From IMG/VR virus record IMGVR_UViG_2778261217_000005: 21,722 bases of DNA; one strand, 5' to 3'. Below the pieces are notes generated by a model that was given only the letters and a program-made list of their open reading frames with translations, was not told the origin of the DNA and searched no databases. Source of the stretch: a virus (lineage: Duplodnaviria; Heunggongvirae; Uroviricota; Caudoviricetes). This document shows, piece after piece, positions 18,441 through 21,722 of this stretch; within the stretch, counting starts at the first letter, position 1; each line of letters opens with the position of its first letter. The translations under genes were made by a program, and so were the position numbers.

Positions 18441-19898
18441 ATGAATACATCTCATGTAAGAGTTGTTACTCATATGTGTGGGTTCCTGGTTTGGCTCTAT
18501 AGTCTTTCAATGTTGCCACCAATGGTTGTAGCATTGTTTTATAAAGAAAAAAGCCTGTTCGTTTTCTTTATAACCTTCGTTATATTTTTTTGCATTGGTG
18601 GCGGAGCGTGGTATACAACTAAGAAATCTGGCATTCAATTACGTACCCGTGATGGGTTTATTATAATTGTAATGTTTTGGATTTTGTTTTCTGTTATTAG
18701 TGCATTCCCTTTATGGATTGACTCAGAACTTAATTTAACGTTCATTGATGCTCTTTTTGAAGGGGTTTCTGGAATAACAACAACAGGAGCAACTGTAATT
18801 GATGATGTTAGTTCATTACCTCGGGCATATTTGTACTATCGGTCACAGTTAAATTTTATAGGTGGTTTAGGAGTTATTGTTCTGGCGGTTGCTGTATTGC
18901 CATTATTGGGTATTGGTGGTGCAAAGCTTTATCAGTCAGAAATGCCGGGGCCATTTAAGGATGACAAACTCACTCCCCGCCTGGCCGATACGTCACGGAC
19001 ACTGTGGATAACTTATTCTTTATTAGGTATTGCTTGTATTGTCTGTTATAGACTTGCAGGAATGCCTTTGTTTGATGCTATTTGTCACGGGATTTCCACA
19101 GTTTCGCTTGGTGGTTTCTCAACTCATAGCGAGAGTATCGGATATTTTAATAACTATTTGGTTGAGCTGGTGGCTGGTTCTTTTTCCCTGCTATCGGCTT
19201 TCAACTTCACTCTTTGGTATATTGTTATTAGCAGGAAAACGATAAAACCTTTAATCAGAGATATTGAACTTCGTTTCTTTCTGTTAATAGCCTTAGTGGT
19301 GATCATTGTTACCTCTTTCCAGGTCTGGCATATAGGTATGTATGACTTGCATGGAAGTTTTATTCATTCGTTTTTTCTTGCCAGCTCCATGCTCACTGAT
19401 AATGGTTTAGCTACGCAAGATTATGCAAACTGGCCCACGCACACGATAGTGTTTTTGCTGTTGTCAAGTTTCTTTGGGGGATGTATAGGTTCAACTTGTG
19501 GTGGAATTAAGTCACTTCGATTTCTTATACTTTTCAAACAAAGCAAACACGAGATAAATCAGCTTTCTCATCCCAGAGCGTTGTTGAGTGTAAATGTAGG
19601 AGGGAAGATAGTTACAGATCGTGTAATGAGGTCTGTATGGAGTTTCTTTTTTCTTTATACTCTCTTCACGGTGTTTTTTATACTGGTGTTAAATGGTATG
19701 GGATATGATTTTCTTACATCATTTGCAACAGTGGCTGCATGTATTAATAATATGGGATTAGGTTTTGGGGCTACTGCATCGTCATTCGGAGTGCTTAATG
19801 ACATTGCAAAATATTTAATGTGCATAGCTATGATTCTTGGTCGCCTTGAAATTTATCCTGTTATTATATTGTTTTCAGGTTTTTTTTGGCGCTCCTAA
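18441..19898 (+). CDS. trkG: TrkG potassium uptake transporter (485 aa)
   Basis: MNTSHVRVVTHMCGFLVWLYSL...; multi-pass membrane protein with repeated GG selectivity-like motifs; start at ATG 18441 (track ORF begins at upstream TTG). Confidence 0.85.
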   Translation: MNTSHVRVVTHMCGFLVWLYSLSMLPPMVVALFYKEKSLFVFFITFVIFFCIGGGAWYTTKKSGIQLRTRDGFIIIVMFWILFSVISAFPLWIDSELNLTFIDALFEGVSGITTTGATVIDDVSSLPRAYLYYRSQLNFIGGLGVIVLAVAVLPLLGIGGAKLYQSEMPGPFKDDKLTPRLADTSRTLWITYSLLGIACIVCYRLAGMPLFDAICHGISTVSLGGFSTHSESIGYFNNYLVELVAGSFSLLSAFNFTLWYIVISRKTIKPLIRDIELRFFLLIALVVIIVTSFQVWHIGMYDLHGSFIHSFFLASSMLTDNGLATQDYANWPTHTIVFLLLSSFFGGCIGSTCGGIKSLRFLILFKQSKHEINQLSHPRALLSVNVGGKIVTDRVMRSVWSFFFLYTLFTVFFILVLNGMGYDFLTSFATVAACINNMGLGFGATASSFGVLNDIAKYLMCIAMILGRLEIYPVIILFSGFFWRS

Positions 19899-19984
19899 TA
19901 TATGGCTGATTTATAATTGTGAGTTTAATATTATATTGACTCACTCATTGATCCAATACCTAACTTTACCAGCAACACCTCCGC

Positions 19985-20018
19985 CCCCAGTAGCACTGGC
20001 TGCTGGGGTGCGTTTTAT
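19985..20018 (+). terminator. Candidate terminator downstream of trkG (CCCCAGTAGC-actg-GCTGCTGGGG, one mismatch, then TGCGTTTTATT)
   Basis: Imperfect 10-bp inverted repeat with T-rich tail, 18 bp before the ParB-like start. Confidence 0.35.
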
Positions 20019-20035
20019 TCATAAAGCAAGGCTGT

Positions 20036-20830
20036 ATGAGCGAGAAATTAAAGATAGTCTATCGCCCATTACAAGAATTGTCACCGTATGCGCACAACGC
20101 CAGGACGCACAGTACTGAGCAGGTGGCACAACTGGTAGAAAGTATTAAGCAATTCGGCTGGACTAATCCGGTGCTGATTGACGAAAAGGGCGAAATTATT
20201 GCGGGTCACGGTCGTGTTATGGCGGCTGAAATGCTCAAAATGGATTCTGTTCCGGTCATTGTTCTGTCTGGCCTGACGGATGAGCAGAAAAAGGCGTACC
20301 GCTTGGCAGATAATCGCCTACCGATGAATGCTGGCTGGGATGAAGATCTGTTGCGGATGGAGCTGTCGGTCCTAATCAATGCTGATTTTGATGTCTCCCT
20401 GACAGGCTTCGGCCCGACAGAAATTGATGAACTGTTGACGGATGTTTTGCCCGGTACAGGAAATAAGGAGGAGCCGTATACGACGAAAATTGATACGCCT
20501 GTTTATGAGCCGTCGGGCGGTAAACCGGATATCAGTGAACTGTACGACGATACGAAAACTCAGGAGCTGATCAGCCGGATACGTTCGGCGTCCCTTGATC
20601 CTGATATTGAGAAATTCCTCCTGTGTGCGGCAGAACGTCACACAGTGTTTAATTTCAGCAGAATTGCGGACTATTACGCTCATGCCCCCGCTGAAATTCA
20701 GTGCCTTTTCGAGGAGTCGGCGCTGGTGATCATTGATTATCAGCAGGCTATTGAAAATGGATTTGTCCGAATGACGCAGCGCATGGTGGAGATCATGCAT
20801 GGCGGGGAGGAGGAGGAGGAATATGCGTGA
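20036..20830 (+). CDS. ParB-like nuclease (ParB/sulfiredoxin N-terminal domain) protein, YnaK-like, 264 aa
   Basis: N-terminal region with IIAGHGRVMAA motif typical of ParB/Srx fold; C-terminal acidic tail GGEEEEEYA. Confidence 0.75.
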   Translation: MSEKLKIVYRPLQELSPYAHNARTHSTEQVAQLVESIKQFGWTNPVLIDEKGEIIAGHGRVMAAEMLKMDSVPVIVLSGLTDEQKKAYRLADNRLPMNAGWDEDLLRMELSVLINADFDVSLTGFGPTEIDELLTDVLPGTGNKEEPYTTKIDTPVYEPSGGKPDISELYDDTKTQELISRIRSASLDPDIEKFLLCAAERHTVFNFSRIADYYAHAPAEIQCLFEESALVIIDYQQAIENGFVRMTQRMVEIMHGGEEEEEYA

Positions 20831-21524
20831 TGATTTTTGCGCCTTTATTCTGACTCACGGGCGACCGGACAAAGTTCTGACTTACCGGACGTTGCGTCGT
20901 GCTGGCTATACCGGGAAAATTTTTATCGTTGTTGATGATGAAGATAAGACACGGCATCAGTACATGGCTGAATTTGGTGAACAGGTGCTGGTATTTTCCA
21001 AAGCCGATATTGCCAGTCGTTTTGACGAAGCCGATAATTTTGGTGACCGCCGCTCAATTTTTTACGCCCGTAATGCCTGTTTCGACCTGGCAAAACTGGT
21101 CGGGTGTAAATACTTCATTCAGCTCGATGATGATTATCACGAGTTCCAGTTTCGGGTGGATCGCAACTATGACCAGGCCTATTTCCCGATAAGGAAACTG
21201 GATGCGATCCTTTCTGAAATGCTGGCGTATTACGAATCAATACCCGCGCTTTCCATCGCTATGTCGCAGGGCGGGGATTTTCTTGGTGACAATGGCGGCC
21301 ATGCTTCGTGGGTGAAACGCAAGGCAATGAACAGCTTTATCTGTTCGGTTGATCGACCGTTCTCATTCATGGGGCGCATTAACGAGGATGTGAATACGTA
21401 CACGAATCTCGGTCGCTGTGGTGAATTGTTTATGACGATCGGTGCTGTCCAGTTAGGGCAGAAACAGACGCAGAAAAACAGCGGCGGAATGACCGAGCTG
21501 TATCTGGATTCCGGAAGCCGCTGA
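20823..21524 (+). CDS. Hypothetical protein coupled to ParB-like gene (YdaY-like), 233 aa; two DxD-like acidic motifs
   Basis: ATG overlaps upstream stop (ATGCGTGA); SD GGAGGAGGAGGA; motifs VVDDED and QLDDDY; no recognisable methyltransferase motifs. Confidence 0.55.
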   Translation: MRDDFCAFILTHGRPDKVLTYRTLRRAGYTGKIFIVVDDEDKTRHQYMAEFGEQVLVFSKADIASRFDEADNFGDRRSIFYARNACFDLAKLVGCKYFIQLDDDYHEFQFRVDRNYDQAYFPIRKLDAILSEMLAYYESIPALSIAMSQGGDFLGDNGGHASWVKRKAMNSFICSVDRPFSFMGRINEDVNTYTNLGRCGELFMTIGAVQLGQKQTQKNSGGMTELYLDSGSR

Positions 21525-21722
21525 ACAGGCCAGCGCAGCAGCGAGGTCTGCATCCGCAGCGAAGACATCCGAAACGAACGCGAAAGCGTCGGAAACCCGT
21601 GCAGAATCCTCAAAAACGGCAGCGGCATCGTCCGCCAGTTCGGCGGCGTCATCGGCATCATCGGCGTCTGCTTCAAAAGATGAGGCGACCAGACAGGCGT
21701 CAGCAGCGAAGGGTAGCGCCAC
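21493..21722 (+). pseudogene. 5'-truncated internal fragment of a side-tail-fibre (Stf-like) gene, Ala/Ser/Thr-rich; runs off window end
   Basis: Frame +1 reads ...AEQASAAARSASAAKTSETNAKASETRAESSKTAAASSASSAASSASSASASKDEATRQASAAKGSA with no start codon after a stop at 21490-21492; composition typical of the Stf collar region. Confidence 0.5.

Noticed and set aside
19837-20118. 93-aa plus-strand ORF spanning trkG end to ParB-like start
   Set aside because: Overlaps two supported genes and a terminator-like hairpin.
21453-21722. 89-aa minus-strand Ala/Asp-rich ORF
   Set aside because: It is the antisense mirror of the Ala/Ser-rich tail-fibre fragment; low-complexity artefact.

Overview
This window reads as the left and central part of a Rac-like cryptic lambdoid prophage of Escherichia coli or a close relative, identified by eye from protein sequences I recall from K-12 Rac; no database search was run. 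Minus-strand early-left genes: integrase IntR (gene ends at base 1), XisR, YdaC, RalR/Lar toxin, RecT, RecE, RacC, YdaE, KilR, YdaF, YdaG. An immunity switch follows (RacR-like repressor divergent from Cro-like YdaS and CII-like YdaT), then the replication module (YdaU, DnaC-like YdaV, YdaW-like). Next is an AT-rich accessory island (about 11.1-14.4 kb) with a QueH-like epoxyqueuosine reductase, a cupin-like protein and candidate small peptides. After that come a nin-like module (DUF1367, DUF1364, Q-like antiterminator), two phage tRNAs (Thr-UGU, Gly-UCC), a phage-21-type lysis cassette (pinholin, SAR endolysin, Rz/Rz1), trkG, and a ParB-like nuclease with a coupled partner gene. The window ends in an internal side-tail-fibre fragment with no start codon, consistent with loss of the head/tail genes. 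The accessory island is the most interesting part: the queH-like gene flanked by short direct repeats, plus an SD-preceded 29-aa hydrophobic peptide. Other points are hairpin families in the empty tRNA-holin slot and ATGTACT operator-like repeats around the repressor. No CRISPR array, rRNA or IS element was seen. GC content was judged by eye only.
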